Source: Myxococcota bacterium (GTDB lineage: Bacteria > Myxococcota > XYA12-FULL-58-9 > JABJBS01). From it: 64,000 bases of DNA. Below are positions 40,834-52,676 of the stretch, in pieces. The stretch covers positions 1 through 64,000 of the forward strand of contig JAYZAY010000061.1 of the NCBI GenBank assembly GCA_036339465.1, given 5' to 3'. The position numbers were made by a program, and so were the translations under genes. Positions within the stretch are counted from its first letter, which is position 1; the number at the start of each line of letters is the position of its first letter. A model generated the notes under the pieces. The model was not told the origin of the DNA, searched no databases, and saw nothing but the letters and a program-made list of their open reading frames with translations.

Positions 40834-41202
40834 CTAGAACGACAAGCCGCCTTCGCGTGCTCCGTCTGCAATTGCCTTTACGCGACCATGGTAACGATAT
40901 CCACCGCGGTCAAATGCCACTTGTGAAATGTCCAGACTTTTACATTTTTCAGCGAGTTCCTTACCCACCTTAAAGGCTATATCTGTCTTTTTGCTATCGC
41001 CATTCCCCTCAAAACCTTTCGCGATTGAACTCATGGACGCTAAGGTTCTGCCAGTCAGATCATCAATAACTTGCGCATATATATGTTTAGAACTTCGAAA
41101 AACCGCCATGCGCGGACGACCCGAAATGCCCGAGATTTTCTTACGGATACGAATCCGTCTTTTCCTGCGACTACCAAATCGACTCTGAGATTGGATTGCC
41201 AT
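40834..41202 (-). CDS. rplR: 50S ribosomal protein L18
   Basis: [28 protein letters not shown]. Confidence 0.98.
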   Translation of the reverse strand: MAIQSQSRFGSRRKRRIRIRKKISGISGRPRMAVFRSSKHIYAQVIDDLTGRTLASMSSIAKGFEGNGDSKKTDIAFKVGKELAEKCKSLDISQVAFDRGGYRYHGRVKAIADGAREGGLSF

Positions 41203-41228
41203 TTGCTCGTCCTCCATACGTAAAGAAG

Positions 41229-41777
41229 TTACTTCTTACCACCTGCTTTACCAACCTTGCGACGAATCTCCTCGCCAGCATACTTGATACCCTTGCCCTT
41301 GTAGGGCTCAGAAACCTTATAGGCCCTTAATCGCGCTGCGATGTTACCAACTTGCTGCTTATCAATGCCCTTGATCGTTAACTTGGTCTGTGATTTATCC
41401 ACCTGGCATTCAACACCCTCAGGCAGCTCCAAGACAACGGGGTGGCTATAACCAACGGCCATGGTTATTACATTACCCTGAACGTCAGCGCGGTAGCCTA
41501 CACCGTTGATTTCTAGGCGTTTTGTAAAGCCGCTCGTAACACCTTCGACCATGTTGGCCACCAGTGCCCTTCCGAGACCCAAAAAACCCTTGTTTCGGCG
41601 TGTAGACTGAATCGGCGCTCGAACCCTAACATCGCCGTCACTCATCTCGAGCGTTACCCCCACGGGCAGCGTCCTCACCAAATCACCCAAGGGCCCATTC
41701 ACGGTGACCCTGCCGTCATCAAAACTCACATTGACCTTGTCGGGTACAATAATCGGCCGTCTACCAATACGTGACAT
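41229..41777 (-). CDS. rplF: 50S ribosomal protein L6
   Basis: MSRIGRRPI, EPYKGKGIKY. Confidence 0.98.
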   Translation of the reverse strand: MSRIGRRPIIVPDKVNVSFDDGRVTVNGPLGDLVRTLPVGVTLEMSDGDVRVRAPIQSTRRNKGFLGLGRALVANMVEGVTSGFTKRLEINGVGYRADVQGNVITMAVGYSHPVVLELPEGVECQVDKSQTKLTIKGIDKQQVGNIAARLRAYKVSEPYKGKGIKYAGEEIRRKVGKAGGKK

Positions 41778-41798
41778 AACTAATTCTCCAAATTGAAA

Positions 41799-42194
41799 TC
41801 ACCAAATAGAACATAGCGGCTCTCCGCCCATGGACATACTACGCGCATCGCGGTCGGTTACAACTCCACCAGAAGTCGACACAATCACGACGCCCATACC
41901 ATTCCTTACTTTGGGTATCTCATGGGCTCGAAAATATTTCCGAAGGCCAGGCTTGCTGAGCCGCTCAATACCGGAAATGACGGGCGCACCCGTCTGATCG
42001 TATTTGAGCGTAAGCTCCAAAATACCGACTGGTTTGGTTGAGTGTAGCGAAAACTCCATTATGAAGCCCTCTTTCTTAAGAATCTCCGCAATTGAGACTT
42101 TCATTTTCGAGGCCGGCATCTGTACGTTGCTCAGATTTGCGCGCGCGGCGTTGCGTATTCTCGTCAGCATATCAGCGATTGGATCCGTGTGCAT
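41799..42194 (-). CDS. rpsH: 30S ribosomal protein S8
   Basis: DPIADMLTRIRNA, SKPGLRKY. Confidence 0.98.
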   Translation of the reverse strand: MHTDPIADMLTRIRNAARANLSNVQMPASKMKVSIAEILKKEGFIMEFSLHSTKPVGILELTLKYDQTGAPVISGIERLSKPGLRKYFRAHEIPKVRNGMGVVIVSTSGGVVTDRDARSMSMGGEPLCSIW

Positions 42195-42238
42195 GTTATC
42201 CTCCGTGGCTCCTTCGATTAGTAGAAGAACACCCTACG

Positions 42239-42805
42239 TTAATTTCTAAACGGCATTCCCAGCTTATTAAGTAAAGTTTTTGCTTCGGCATCAGTCTCGG
42301 CCGAAGTCGCAATCGCAACATTAAGGCCTGAAACTCGGTCCACATTGTCATAATTGATTTCGGGGAAAATTAACTGTTCTTTCAGACCCAGGTTATAATT
42401 GCCCCGACCATCAAAAGATCTTCCACTAATTCCCTTGAAATCGCGAACACGCGGTAAGGCGATGGACACGAGGCGGTCAAGAAATTCCCACATTCGAGCG
42501 CCCCTCAAGGTGACCATGGCACCGATAGGCATCCCTTCACGCAACTTAAAGCCCGCAATGGATTTTCTCGCCTTGGTGGCAACCGCGCGTTGTCCTGCAA
42601 GAAGCGAAAGTTCTTCAACTGCAGCCTTGACGATGTTGGGATTCCCGACCGCTTCACCTAGCCCCATGTTAATGGAGACTTTATCCACCGTCGGTGCCTG
42701 CATGACGTTCTTATATTTGTACTCATCCATGAGCAGGAAGATAACTTCCTCGCGGTACTTCTTCAGTAGCCTTGGATGGGTTGTATTGGCGTGTCCGTTC
42801 ATCAT
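42239..42805 (-). CDS. rplE: 50S ribosomal protein L5
   Basis: [29 protein letters not shown]. Confidence 0.98.
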   Translation of the reverse strand: MMNGHANTTHPRLLKKYREEVIFLLMDEYKYKNVMQAPTVDKVSINMGLGEAVGNPNIVKAAVEELSLLAGQRAVATKARKSIAGFKLREGMPIGAMVTLRGARMWEFLDRLVSIALPRVRDFKGISGRSFDGRGNYNLGLKEQLIFPEINYDNVDRVSGLNVAIATSAETDAEAKTLLNKLGMPFRN

Positions 42806-42832
42806 TTACTCCTTGATATCGGCACTTGACGC

Positions 42833-43159
42833 TTAAGCCCCGAGAACCTCTCCACTACGCTTGGCCACTCTTACTTTGTCCCCGTTTTCGAGGATTTTAA
42901 ACCCGACGCGTGTCGGTTTATCGTCTGCTGGATCGACTAGCGCAACATTAGAGATGTGAATTGACGGGATTTTATCTTCGATGCCACCGTTAGGAAGTCT
43001 CGCACTCTGCCCCGCCTTAATATGCCGCTTCTGAACGCCCACGCCTTCGATTTTAATCCGGTCCTTCTCAGCCAACACTTCAAGAACTGTTCCTCGCTGA
43101 GGTGCATATTTGCCGGCAATAACCTGGACTTGATCGCCCTTACGAATCTTTCGAGCCAT
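42833..43159 (-). CDS. rplX: 50S ribosomal protein L24
   Basis: KIRKGDQVQVIAGK, IHISNVAL. Confidence 0.96.
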   Translation of the reverse strand: MARKIRKGDQVQVIAGKYAPQRGTVLEVLAEKDRIKIEGVGVQKRHIKAGQSARLPNGGIEDKIPSIHISNVALVDPADDKPTRVGFKILENGDKVRVAKRSGEVLGA

Positions 43160-43527
43160 TAGAGGACCTCCGGCGCTAGGGAAACTATTTTCATGTAATT
43201 TCGCCCGCGCAGCTCCCGCGCCACAGGGCCAAAGATACGAGTGCCAACGGGCTCGCCGTTTGTGTTTATTAGAACCGCGGCGTTATCATCAAATCGTATG
43301 TAGCTCCCATTCGCTCGACGAATTTCCTTGGCTGTCCGCACGATTACCGCTTTCGCGACATCACCCTTTTTAACTTTGCCGTTTGGAAGTGCCTCACGAA
43401 CCGCTACGACGATAATATCGCCGATACTGGCGAATCGCCGTTTGGAACCACCGAGTACCTTCACACATGTAAGCTTCTTCGCCCCTGAGTTGTCTGCAAC
43501 GTCGAGGGTTGATTGCATCTGGATCAT
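43159..43527 (-). CDS. rplN: 50S ribosomal protein L14
   Basis: [29 protein letters not shown]. Confidence 0.98.
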   Translation of the reverse strand: MIQMQSTLDVADNSGAKKLTCVKVLGGSKRRFASIGDIIVVAVREALPNGKVKKGDVAKAVIVRTAKEIRRANGSYIRFDDNAAVLINTNGEPVGTRIFGPVARELRGRNYMKIVSLAPEVL

Positions 43528-43564
43528 TCTTAAATCTCCACTTTTACCTTCGTCGACCTTTATA

Positions 43565-43837
43565 TTAGACAGATGCCTTTTCAATTATCTGTCGGACCCG
43601 CCAACGCTTATTTTTCGAGAGCGGTCGCGTCTCTTCGATTAGGACAATGTCGCCAATTTTGCACTCATTCATCGCATCATGAGCACTGTATCGGATTTTT
43701 CTTTTAACGAACTTCAGATATTTTCTGTGCCTGAACCGCCGCGTCACTTCGACCACTGCCGTCTTGTCCATTTTGCACTTTAATACCACCGCTTTTCGTG
43801 TTCTTTTCGCTGGTGTTGCCTCGCTATTTGCTTCCAT
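43565..43837 (-). CDS. rpsQ: 30S ribosomal protein S17
   Basis: [22 protein letters not shown]. Confidence 0.97.
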   Translation of the reverse strand: MEANSEATPAKRTRKAVVLKCKMDKTAVVEVTRRFRHRKYLKFVKRKIRYSAHDAMNECKIGDIVLIEETRPLSKNKRWRVRQIIEKASV

Positions 43838-43838
43838 G

Positions 43839-44051
43839 TCAACCTCTATCCTCTTTTAAGATCGTCTTGATCTGTGCAATTTGCCGTCGAAGGTTCCTGG
43901 GCAAGTGACTCTCCGTCAATTGGCCTAGTGCCTTTTTGAACCGGGTCTTATGAAGCAGTTCAACTCTCTCAACCAGCAGGGATTCTAGTTCACCAACTTT
44001 TCTCTTTCGAAGTTCTTCAACTTTGTGAAATTCAATAGCTTCAGCCATCAC
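43839..44051 (-). CDS. rpmC: 50S ribosomal protein L29
   Basis: ELR..., GQL, RRQIAQIKT; position between rplP and rpsQ. Confidence 0.88.
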   Translation of the reverse strand: MMAEAIEFHKVEELRKRKVGELESLLVERVELLHKTRFKKALGQLTESHLPRNLRRQIAQIKTILKEDRG

Positions 44052-44071
44052 CAGTACTCCAATATCGCAGC

Positions 44072-44488
44072 CTAGAGCTGCTCTTCTCTCACAACTAACC
44101 GCGTTTTGAAAGGCAACTTATGGGCAGCTAGCCGAAATGCCTCTTCGGCAAGCGAGCGTTCGACACCTTGCATTTCATACATAATGCGCCCAGGTTTGAC
44201 CACAGCAACCCAGCCCTCTGGCGAACCTTTACCTTTACCCATTCGAACCTCAGCAGGCTTACTCGTGATGGGCTTGTCGGGGAAAACTCGAATGTAAATA
44301 CGACCGCCCCGTTTTACATGACGAGTCATCGCAATCCGTGCCGCTTCCAGCTGCCGCTGGGTAAGCCAGGCAGATTCGAGTGCCATCAAACCAAAATCGC
44401 CGAAAGAAACTTTATCGCCGCTACGAGCGATGCCGTCCTTGCGGCCCTTTTGGCGTTTCCGAAACTTTACTTTTGCTGGCGATAACAT
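44072..44488 (-). CDS. rplP: 50S ribosomal protein L16
   Basis: [23 protein letters not shown]. Confidence 0.98.
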   Translation of the reverse strand: MLSPAKVKFRKRQKGRKDGIARSGDKVSFGDFGLMALESAWLTQRQLEAARIAMTRHVKRGGRIYIRVFPDKPITSKPAEVRMGKGKGSPEGWVAVVKPGRIMYEMQGVERSLAEEAFRLAAHKLPFKTRLVVREEQL

Positions 44489-44522
44489 TTTTCACCTCAT
44501 TTTTCGACCGTCATGGCCTAAC

Positions 44523-45167
44523 TCAATTCGAAATTTTTGATTCAGGGAGAATTTCGCCTTTAAAAATCCAGCACTTAACTCCGATGATTCCATAGGTAGT
44601 CTTGGCTTCAGCTAATCCGTAATCAATGTCGGCCCTGAGCGTGTGCAAGGGCACACGGCCTTCAAGGTACCATTCCTGCCGAGCCATTTCGGCGCCGCCG
44701 AGGCGACCCTTGCACGCAATACGAATGCCCTTCGCACCAAATTTTAGGGAAGTTTGCAGAGCCTTCTTCATCGCCCGTCGAAAAGAGACACGCCGCTCTA
44801 GCTGCAGCGCGACATTTTCGGCCACTAATTTAGCATCGATTTCCGCCTTACGTACCTCATGGATGTTAACGAAAACTTCGTAGCTAGACAGAGACTGGAG
44901 CGCCTTTTTGAGACCTTCAATCCCTGAGCCCTTCTTGCCGATCACAATACCTGGACGCGGTGTGAAAATACTCAGTTTAACTTTACCGGCAGCGCGCTCG
45001 ATATTAACCTGGCTTATTCCGGCGCCATAAAGCCGTTCTTTGACGGTACGACGTAGTTTCAAGTCTTCGTGCAACCATTGAGCATAGTGCTTCTCTTCAT
45101 ACCACTTGGAATGCCAATCTCTTACAATTCCGAGCCGAAAACCTACTGGATGTGTCTTTTGACCCAT
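44523..45167 (-). CDS. rpsC: 30S ribosomal protein S3
   Basis: [27 protein letters not shown]. Confidence 0.98.
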   Translation of the reverse strand: MGQKTHPVGFRLGIVRDWHSKWYEEKHYAQWLHEDLKLRRTVKERLYGAGISQVNIERAAGKVKLSIFTPRPGIVIGKKGSGIEGLKKALQSLSSYEVFVNIHEVRKAEIDAKLVAENVALQLERRVSFRRAMKKALQTSLKFGAKGIRIACKGRLGGAEMARQEWYLEGRVPLHTLRADIDYGLAEAKTTYGIIGVKCWIFKGEILPESKISN

Positions 45168-45183
45168 AACCAAATACCTCTTA

Positions 45184-45573
45184 TTATGCGCGTTCAGCGA
45201 GTTCTAAAGTTATATGACTTGTTCGCTTCCGAACACGAGTAGCGCGACCCATGGCGCGAGGCCGCCATCGACGCCACATTGGACCTTCATCGACAGTAGC
45301 GAGTTCCACAAAGAGTCTATCAAGATCAAAAGATCCCTTAACCTCTGCATTAGCCACTGCACTCCTCAACAATTTAGCGACAGGCACCGCCGCGGCTTTG
45401 GGACTGAAGTCAAGCACATTCAAGGCCTGCTCAACGTCCTTGCCTCGAATTTGGTCGATAACCAACCGCACCTTTCGCGGCGACATACGCAGCCACCTCA
45501 ACTTCGCATGAGGCCCTCGATTGTCCCGGGCCTCCTTTCGTCGGATGGCCTTTTCCTTTTCTCGTTTAGACAT
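45184..45573 (-). CDS. rplV: 50S ribosomal protein L22
   Basis: [21 protein letters not shown]. Confidence 0.97.
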   Translation of the reverse strand: MSKREKEKAIRRKEARDNRGPHAKLRWLRMSPRKVRLVIDQIRGKDVEQALNVLDFSPKAAAVPVAKLLRSAVANAEVKGSFDLDRLFVELATVDEGPMWRRWRPRAMGRATRVRKRTSHITLELAERA

Positions 45574-45586
45574 AACTCAATCCCTC

Positions 45587-45859
45587 CTACTTACCTTTCT
45601 TCAAACCAGGATGACTATGAAAAGTCCGAGTCGGTGAGAACTCGCCGAGTTTGTGGTCGACCATATTCTCGGTGACATAAACAGGAATAAACTTTCGGCC
45701 ATTATGTACGGCAAAGGTGTGACCGACAAAATCAGGCGTGATAGTAGAGCGCCGAGACCAAGTCTTAATTACCTGTTTCTTCCCCGATTCATTCATCCTC
45801 TCGACTTTTTCAACAAGATGGTAGTCGAGATACGGTCCTTTTTTGATACTACGTGGCAT
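45587..45859 (-). CDS. rpsS: 30S ribosomal protein S19
   Basis: [24 protein letters not shown]. Confidence 0.98.
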   Translation of the reverse strand: MPRSIKKGPYLDYHLVEKVERMNESGKKQVIKTWSRRSTITPDFVGHTFAVHNGRKFIPVYVTENMVDHKLGEFSPTRTFHSHPGLKKGK

Positions 45860-45861
45860 TG

Positions 45862-46701
45862 CTATCTCCTCGAGCTCTTCCGAGACACGATGTATTTATC
45901 GGTTGATTTATTGTTGCGAGTCTTGGCACCTTTGGTTGGCTTGCCCCATGGACTAACGGGATGGCGACCACCAGAGGTCTTACCTTCGCCTCCGCCGTGC
46001 GGGTGGTCCACTGGGTTCATTACCACGCCTCTGTTATGAGGATTCTTACCCATCCACCGGCCTCGGCCTGCCTTACCAACTTTGATATTTTCATGCTCGC
46101 TGTTACCGACCGAACCAATGGTGGCCCGACAGCCTTCAGGTATTTTCCGGGTTTCACCTGAGGGCAATCTTATAAGCGCATAGCCGGCCTCAACTGCCAT
46201 CAGTTGTGCTTCTGTGCCTGCCGAACGTACCATTTGCGCACCCTTGCCTGGTTTTAGTTCGACCGCATGAATTACGGAACCAACGGGGACATGTTTGAGT
46301 GGCAGCGCATTTCCCGGCTGTATATCCGCAGCGTCCGAGGAGATCACTGTATCCCCGGCCTTCAAGCCTACTGGGGCTAAGATGTAGCTCTTTTCACCAT
46401 CTGCATATTGCAGCAAGGCTATTCGCGCAGAGCGATTTGGGTCATATTCAACCCGCGCGACGAGTGCAGGCACATCCAGTTTATTTCTTCGAAAATCAAC
46501 CAGGCGGTAACGACGTTTGTGCCCGCCTCCCCGAAATCGAACAGTCGTCCGGCCATGGTTGTTTCGACCACCAGAGCGTTTTTGAGAGCTGACCAGGGCC
46601 TTCAGCGGGCTATTATCGCCCTTGACGGTAATGTCCGCTTGGTCAGAGGCCGTCATGTTTCGCCGACTCATGGTGTACGGCTTATATTTTAGAATTCCCA
46701 T
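45862..46701 (-). CDS. rplB: 50S ribosomal protein L2
   Basis: [21 protein letters not shown]. Confidence 0.98.
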   Translation of the reverse strand: MGILKYKPYTMSRRNMTASDQADITVKGDNSPLKALVSSQKRSGGRNNHGRTTVRFRGGGHKRRYRLVDFRRNKLDVPALVARVEYDPNRSARIALLQYADGEKSYILAPVGLKAGDTVISSDAADIQPGNALPLKHVPVGSVIHAVELKPGKGAQMVRSAGTEAQLMAVEAGYALIRLPSGETRKIPEGCRATIGSVGNSEHENIKVGKAGRGRWMGKNPHNRGVVMNPVDHPHGGGEGKTSGGRHPVSPWGKPTKGAKTRNNKSTDKYIVSRKSSRR

Positions 46702-46707
46702 TGTTTC

Positions 46708-46995
46708 TTACTCCGTCGCGAAGAAATCGATTGCATCGCCAGCTTGCAGGGTGATAACGGCTTTTTTCCATCCTGGACTTCGGCCCTGTACGGTGCCCCT
46801 ACGCTTGGTCTTCCCTGGCATATTTAGGGTTGCTACGCATGTAACGTTAACCCCGTAGAAAGCCTCGATAGCATTCCGAATCTGGAATTTATTGGCCTTA
46901 GAGGCAACCGCAAAAGTATACTTGTTGTATTGCTCGGCTTGTTCGGTGGCCCGCTCACTCATGATCGGCCGAAGTAGAATTTGATGTGCTTCCAT
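46708..46995 (-). CDS. rplW: 50S ribosomal protein L23
   Basis: RPIMSERA, ANKFQIR, WKKAVITL. Confidence 0.96.
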   Translation of the reverse strand: MEAHQILLRPIMSERATEQAEQYNKYTFAVASKANKFQIRNAIEAFYGVNVTCVATLNMPGKTKRRGTVQGRSPGWKKAVITLQAGDAIDFFATE

Positions 46996-47009
46996 CGTTA
47001 GCTCCTTCT

Positions 47010-47657
47010 CTATTCTCGACGGGCTGCCGTCGCAGAACTAGTTGCTCGCTCAATAACCGCATCCACAGCAGCTCGCATGAGGATTAGAGTATCATGATTC
47101 AAGATGTCATAGACGTTGAGCCCGCGTGCTTCGATGTAATCCGACTTAGGAAGATTACGCATGGATAATCCGAGTGCCGCTTTATCTTGCTCAACTCCCA
47201 CAACAAGGACCTTCCCCTTTTCAAGTTTCCCCAGAAAAGTGGCAACTTCCTTGGTCCGAGGGGCATCTTGTTCGAATTCTTCGAGAATCAAGATTTCGGA
47301 TTCGGATGCTCGCTGAGAAAGGGCACTCCTGAGAGCGGCTTTTCGAGCTGAACGAGGCAGCCTGTATGCATAATCGCGAGGATGGGGACCAAAAACGACG
47401 CCGCCGCCTACTTGGTTTGGCGAACGGGTAGACCCCTGTCGCGCACGCCCGGTGCCCTTTTGTTTGAAAGGTTTAGCGCCAGAGCCAGAGACTTCGTCTC
47501 TTGTTTTCGTGGAATGCGTTCCGCGCCGTTTGGACGCCCGCTGCGCTTTCACTTGTTCCCAGAGGAGTGACAGTTTAACGTCTACGCCAAACACATCGTC
47601 GGGGACTTCCATGGAATCAACCACGCGGTTTTCTTTGTCAATCACGTTTACTTTCAT
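47010..47657 (-). CDS. rplD: 50S ribosomal protein L4
   Basis: [27 protein letters not shown]. Confidence 0.98.
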   Translation of the reverse strand: MKVNVIDKENRVVDSMEVPDDVFGVDVKLSLLWEQVKAQRASKRRGTHSTKTRDEVSGSGAKPFKQKGTGRARQGSTRSPNQVGGGVVFGPHPRDYAYRLPRSARKAALRSALSQRASESEILILEEFEQDAPRTKEVATFLGKLEKGKVLVVGVEQDKAALGLSMRNLPKSDYIEARGLNVYDILNHDTLILMRAAVDAVIERATSSATAARRE

Positions 47658-47692
47658 CGCTTCTTCGCCTGTTCTATCGTTGCCTTAAATGA

Positions 47693-48001
47693 TCACGACT
47701 TGATTTCTACATCCACACCCGCCGCAAGATCCAGTTTCATCAATGCGTCCAGCGTTTGCTGGGTAGGTTCGATGATGTCGAGAAGCCGTTTGTGAGTTCG
47801 TATTTCGAATTGTTCTCGCGACTTTTTATCGACGTGCGGACCGCGTAGTACCGTGTACCGATGTCGCTTGGTGGGTCGCGGTATCGGTCCTGCTACCCGC
47901 GCGCCGGTCCGCAGGGCCGTCTCTATGATTTCCCGAGCTGAAGTGTCCAGAAGTTTGCTATCGTATGCCTTTAGCCGAATACGAATTTTACTTTCACTCA
48001 T
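47693..48001 (-). CDS. rpsJ: 30S ribosomal protein S10
   Basis: [27 protein letters not shown]. Confidence 0.98.
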   Translation of the reverse strand: MSESKIRIRLKAYDSKLLDTSAREIIETALRTGARVAGPIPRPTKRHRYTVLRGPHVDKKSREQFEIRTHKRLLDIIEPTQQTLDALMKLDLAAGVDVEIKS

Positions 48002-48032
48002 CAATTAACTCCAAAGTCTCTCTGAGTCCTAA

Positions 48033-48065
48033 CCTTTTCACTGGAATGCGAACATTCCACGAAGG
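48033..48065 (-). promoter_or_regulatory. Stable UUCG-capped hairpin between fusA and rpsJ
   Basis: Minus strand CCTTCG-TGGAATG(TTCG)CATTCCA-GTGAAAAGG. Confidence 0.5.
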
Positions 48066-48077
48066 CAACCACCACCC

Positions 48078-50156
48078 CTAATGGGATGATTTGGCAACGA
48101 TTTCATCAGCAACTTGTGCTGGAACCGGTTCATAATGTCCAAACTGCATCGAATAAGATGCGCGTCCTTGCGTCATGCTTCTTAACTCTGTCGCGTACCC
48201 AAACATTTCTGCCAGCGGCACAGTCGCAGTTATTATCTGAGCTCCGTGACGAACTCCTATGTTAGTCACGCGCCCACGTCGTCGGTTCACGTCCCCTACA
48301 ACGTCCCCCATAAATTCCTCAGGCGTAACCACCTCGGTATCCATGATGGGTTCGAGCAGAACGGGGTTTGCCTGTTTTGCACCCGCTTGTAAACCCATTG
48401 ACCCAGCTATTTTGAATGCCATTTCGTTTGAATCGACATCGTGGTACGATCCATCCACTAACGTGACCTTCACATCGACCATAGGATACCCTGCGACAAC
48501 CCCACGCTCGAGGGCTTCTTTAACACCCGATTCAACAGCCTTAAAGTACTCTTTTGGCACAGAGCCGCCCACGACTTCATTGGCGAACAGAAATCCGACG
48601 CCAGGGGCTTGTGGCTCCACTCTAAGATGCACATGACCGTACTGTCCCCGTCCACCGGACTGTCGCACGAATTTACCTTCCGATTTGACCTGGTTCTGAA
48701 TGGTCTCTCTATACGCAACTTGCGGCTTCCCAACGTTGGCCTGGACTTTGAATTCTCGCGACATTCGGTCCACCAATACGTCCAAATGCAGTTCCCCCAT
48801 TCCGCTTATGATCGTCTGGCCGGTATCCTCGTCGGTAGCGACCCTGAAACTGGGATCTTCCTGCGCTAATTTTTGCAGCGCAAGCCCCAGTTTCTCGCTG
48901 TCCGATTTCGTCTTCGGCTCAATGGCGATTTGAATCACGGGCTCCGGGAAAGTCATCTTTTCCAACAAGATCCTGGCGTTATCGACACTAAGCGTGTCAC
49001 CGGTCGTACACGTTTTAAGACCGACGGCGGCAGCAATATTGCCCGCGTATACCTCTTTGACTTCCTCGCGTTTGTTCGCGTGCATTTGGAGGATTCGGCC
49101 GATACGTTCCTTTTTTCCCTTCGCTACATTGACAACGCTATCCCCCGATCGCACGACTCCAGAATAGACCCTGAAGAAGGTCAGCTGCCCAACAAAGGGG
49201 TCGGTCATGATCTTAAAGGCTAGGGCACTGAACGGTTCCTCATCGGAGGATCGGCGCTGGACCGACTCACCCGTACCGGGGTCCTCGCCTTGGACGGGCG
49301 GCAAATCCAATGGATTTGGTAGATAATCGACCACAGCGTCCAGCAGCGTCTGCACACCTTTATTCTTGAAGGCACTTCCACACAGGACGGGCGTTATCTC
49401 TTGAGAAATGGTTCCGGTCCGAAGCGCCGCAATCAGCTGCGACTCGTCGATCCTTCCACCCTCAAGTACTTTTTCCATTAAGTCGTCGTCGAAATTGGCC
49501 GCTGCCTCCAGTAGCTCCTCCCTATACTGCTCCACATCGACGGACAGCTCCTCCGGGATATCCACTATCCTCGGATTTTCACCCATCTTGTCGTTGTCCC
49601 AAATGACGGCTCGCATTTTCACCAGGTCGACGACGCCGTTAAACCGGTCCTCTGCTCCAATGGGAAGCTGAAGACGGAGGGGTTTCGCTCCAAGGCGATC
49701 AATTAGCATTGAGATGCAGTTTTCAAAGTTGGCACCAATACGGTCCATCTTATTAATGAAACAAATTCGGGGGACATTATAGCGATCAGCTTGCCTCCAA
49801 ACTGTCTCGCTTTGGGGTTCGACGCCACTAACGGCATCGAAAACAGCAACGGCACCATCCAAGACCCGCAAGGATCGTTCTACTTCGATGGTGAAATCAA
49901 CGTGCCCAGGCGTGTCGATAATATTGATTCGGTTGTCGCGCCAGAAGCAGGTCGTGGCAGCGCTGGTAATTGTAATTCCACGCTCTTGCTCTTGCTCCAT
50001 CCAATCCATCGTGGCGGCGCCGTCGTGCACCTCGCCAATCTTGTGGGATACGCCTGTGTAGTAGAGGATTCGTTCCGTAGTCGTGGTCTTACCGGCATCA
50101 ATGTGGGCCATGATACCGATGTTGCGCGTATTTTCTAGCCTGACTTGTCTTGTCAC
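48078..50156 (-). CDS. fusA: Elongation factor G
   Basis: [38 protein letters not shown]. Confidence 0.98.
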   Translation of the reverse strand: MTRQVRLENTRNIGIMAHIDAGKTTTTERILYYTGVSHKIGEVHDGAATMDWMEQEQERGITITSAATTCFWRDNRINIIDTPGHVDFTIEVERSLRVLDGAVAVFDAVSGVEPQSETVWRQADRYNVPRICFINKMDRIGANFENCISMLIDRLGAKPLRLQLPIGAEDRFNGVVDLVKMRAVIWDNDKMGENPRIVDIPEELSVDVEQYREELLEAAANFDDDLMEKVLEGGRIDESQLIAALRTGTISQEITPVLCGSAFKNKGVQTLLDAVVDYLPNPLDLPPVQGEDPGTGESVQRRSSDEEPFSALAFKIMTDPFVGQLTFFRVYSGVVRSGDSVVNVAKGKKERIGRILQMHANKREEVKEVYAGNIAAAVGLKTCTTGDTLSVDNARILLEKMTFPEPVIQIAIEPKTKSDSEKLGLALQKLAQEDPSFRVATDEDTGQTIISGMGELHLDVLVDRMSREFKVQANVGKPQVAYRETIQNQVKSEGKFVRQSGGRGQYGHVHLRVEPQAPGVGFLFANEVVGGSVPKEYFKAVESGVKEALERGVVAGYPMVDVKVTLVDGSYHDVDSNEMAFKIAGSMGLQAGAKQANPVLLEPIMDTEVVTPEEFMGDVVGDVNRRRGRVTNIGVRHGAQIITATVPLAEMFGYATELRSMTQGRASYSMQFGHYEPVPAQVADEIVAKSSH

Positions 50157-50279
50157 AGCTACGCTCCACGGGCCAAACGGGGTTTGGCGGTTAGGTCCGG
50201 ACCATTGCCGGGCGGGTTTTCAAAGAACGGTCAGCGAAGCGCCCCTAGGAGTGCCACGTGATTCTTTTGGTTTTTTTAG

Positions 50280-50753
50280 TTACCACCGGTAGTGTGCGAA
50301 AGCTTTATTGGCTTCGGCCATTTTGTGGGTGTCTTCTCGCTTCTTGACGGCAGTTCCGCGATTTTGAGAGGCATCGAGGATTTCCCCCGCCAACCGCTCT
50401 GGCATGGTTCGTTCCGAACGACTCCTCGAAGAGTTGATAAGCCATCTCATTGCCAAGGCTGCTCGACGTTCGGCCCGAACTTCCACGGGTACTTGATAGG
50501 TGGCACCACCGACGCGCCGACTTTTGACCTCGACCATTGGCTTTACATTGTCGAGAGCCTTCTTGAATATTTTCAACGGCTCCTCGCCAGTTCCGCGCTC
50601 GCCAATGAGGTCGAAGGCGTTGTAGACGATGCCCTCTGCGATGCTCTTTTTTCCACCAGTCATAACGGCGTTGGTGAATTTGGCAACGATTCTATCGCTG
50701 AACTTTGGGTCGGGAAGGATTTTTCGTTTTGGTATTTCTCGACGTCGAGCCAT
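50280..50753 (-). CDS. rpsG: 30S ribosomal protein S7
   Basis: [25 protein letters not shown]. Confidence 0.98.
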   Translation of the reverse strand: MARRREIPKRKILPDPKFSDRIVAKFTNAVMTGGKKSIAEGIVYNAFDLIGERGTGEEPLKIFKKALDNVKPMVEVKSRRVGGATYQVPVEVRAERRAALAMRWLINSSRSRSERTMPERLAGEILDASQNRGTAVKKREDTHKMAEANKAFAHYRW

Positions 50754-50780
50754 GATAATTCTCCTGGGTTTCTTGTCTGC

Positions 50781-51152
50781 TTACTTAGGCCGCTTGGTTC
50801 CATATTTTGAACGACCTTGCTTGCGCCCATCGACACCGACAGTATCGAGAGTCCCGCGGATAACGTGGTAACGAACGCCGGGAAGGTCCTTGACTCGGCC
50901 ACCCCTTATCAAGACAACAGAGTGTTCTTGGAGGTTGTGGCCAACACCTGGAATGTAGCTGGTCACTTCGAAGCCATTTGTTAGCCTGACTCTAGCCACC
51001 TTGCGGAGCGCGCTGTTCGGTTTTTTCGGAGTGGAGGTGTAAACCCGAACACAGACGCCACGCTTTTGCGGACACGCTTGCATGGCGGGCACTTTATTTT
51101 TATCCACCTTTTTCTCTCGTCCCTTTCGGACCAGCTGATTAATCGTAGGCAT
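50781..51152 (-). CDS. rpsL: 30S ribosomal protein S12
   Basis: [30 protein letters not shown]. Confidence 0.99.
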   Translation of the reverse strand: MPTINQLVRKGREKKVDKNKVPAMQACPQKRGVCVRVYTSTPKKPNSALRKVARVRLTNGFEVTSYIPGVGHNLQEHSVVLIRGGRVKDLPGVRYHVIRGTLDTVGVDGRKQGRSKYGTKRPK

Positions 51153-51245
51153 GCTAGTTGTTCCTCAAATCTTTCGGCCGATTCATTAGCGGTCGGCCAC
51201 GGCCCGGGGCAAATCAAGTCAATTCAACACCTTGAATGGCGGAGC

Positions 51246-51275
51246 CTAATAAGCAGTCAGGTCATTCATTGTCAA
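51246..51275 (-). promoter_or_regulatory. Putative sigma70 promoter of the rpsL operon
   Basis: TTGACA-18 nt-TATTAG about 95 nt upstream of rpsL. Confidence 0.5.
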
Positions 51276-51415
51276 GCACTTCATGTTTTTGGGTTTGATT
51301 TTTCGTTTTTAAGCCGATCCTAAGATCCTTGTTTTAGCTCGAGCTACCGCTCAAATAGGGGCAAGGGTAGCGTCTTGGGCAGGTTGGTTTATAATGGTCA
51401 GCATAGGTGTGAGGC

Positions 51416-52567
51416 ATGATTGAACAAAATGGGTTCGAAAGATGCGACAGAAGTCGTCTGCGGCACGGCTGGGCTTGGCTGAGCTCGGTAGCGATCCATC
51501 TGGCTGCGCTTGTGTTGATTACACTGCCCATCGAGGAACCGACACATTCTGACAAAATTAAGACTCATCGGCTGAAGCTCATCGCTAAGAGGGCCCTGAA
51601 AAATCGCCCCAACCAGCCCAAAAAACGCGTTGCACCCATTAGTAGCGAAAAGTTACCATCGGGCGCAATTGTAGACCTTCCCCCCGATACAAAGTCGGCT
51701 AGGCCCGAGGCCGCAAGATTTTTTTCGGACACCAATCACATCGTCAAGAAAGAAACCAAGAGTCGATTTATGCAGCAAAACTATAAGAACTCGATGCATG
51801 AACGGACACGCCGTTCAAAGTCGACGCCAGAGACACGGCCTCTGCTTAACGAGGTCGATTCCCAAGAGAGTTCTGGAGCTAGAGGAATACCCAATGTATT
51901 AACACATGAATTCGAACTGCCGGAGCTCAAATACACCGAAAACCTCCGCTTCAAACCGAGTCAGCAACCATCATCCTTTCAGAATCAGGTATTTAGTGAG
52001 AAAACACCTAAGCATGGGAGGGGTAAGAAATTAAGGCTACCCCGAGGAATGTTTGCGGAGTCTCGTAAGTCGGGAAATGCAGTTCCACGTAATCGCCAAA
52101 AGCAAATCCCGGTGCTGCCCCAGCTGGGGGTTCTCGCCGCCATCGACGGTGCTCCCGCGAATGATGTCGCTGACGAAGCCATTGATGAGGGAGATGGCAC
52201 GTTTCTTAACACGGTCCAATTTCGATATGCCTCGTTTTTCAATCGGCTTCACAAGGAAGTCGACAAAAACTGGAAAGCCCACCGGGAGTACAGGAAGCGC
52301 GATCCGCGAGGCAACGTGTACGGCACCAAGACGCGAAAAACAGTCCTTGAAATAACTTTGGACATGGAAGGCGAACTTAGGAACGTTAGTATTTTCAAAA
52401 GCTCCGGACTTAGCTTTTTGGACCAAGAGGCAATGGCTGCATTTAGAAGGGCTCAGCCCTTCCCCAACCCCCCCCTTGGTTTGATCGGCGACAATGGAGT
52501 TATTCAGTTTAAAGTGGGGTTTATACTTTATCTATCGCGGGATATCCCCCTGCAACTACCAATCTAA
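51416..52567 (+). CDS. TonB C-terminal domain (energy transducer) family membrane protein
   Basis: N-terminal TM with SxxxH (SSVAIHLA), long disordered linker, C-terminal YASFFNR...SSG..FLDQEA..AFRRAQPFPNPP. Confidence 0.8.
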   Translation: MIEQNGFERCDRSRLRHGWAWLSSVAIHLAALVLITLPIEEPTHSDKIKTHRLKLIAKRALKNRPNQPKKRVAPISSEKLPSGAIVDLPPDTKSARPEAARFFSDTNHIVKKETKSRFMQQNYKNSMHERTRRSKSTPETRPLLNEVDSQESSGARGIPNVLTHEFELPELKYTENLRFKPSQQPSSFQNQVFSEKTPKHGRGKKLRLPRGMFAESRKSGNAVPRNRQKQIPVLPQLGVLAAIDGAPANDVADEAIDEGDGTFLNTVQFRYASFFNRLHKEVDKNWKAHREYRKRDPRGNVYGTKTRKTVLEITLDMEGELRNVSIFKSSGLSFLDQEAMAAFRRAQPFPNPPLGLIGDNGVIQFKVGFILYLSRDIPLQLPI

Positions 52568-52577
52568 ACCAACTCAC

Positions 52578-52676
52578 TTGACAATCGAGGAGCAACGAAG
52601 TAGCGGCTAGCCCTTAAACTTGGACCTACGGACGGTGAGCTCACCGCCGCGTCCACACTCACCTGGAGTAAATTCT
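52578..52676 (+). promoter_or_regulatory. Putative promoter and structured leader of the orphan rplC
   Basis: TTGACA at 52578 with a weak -10; hairpin TGGAC...CGGTGA-GC-TCACCG...GTCCA (52621-52655); GGAG RBS. Confidence 0.45.

Noticed and set aside
35112..51152. Many antisense ORFs over the ribosomal cluster
   Set aside because: Expected shadow ORFs of conserved genes, with no motifs.
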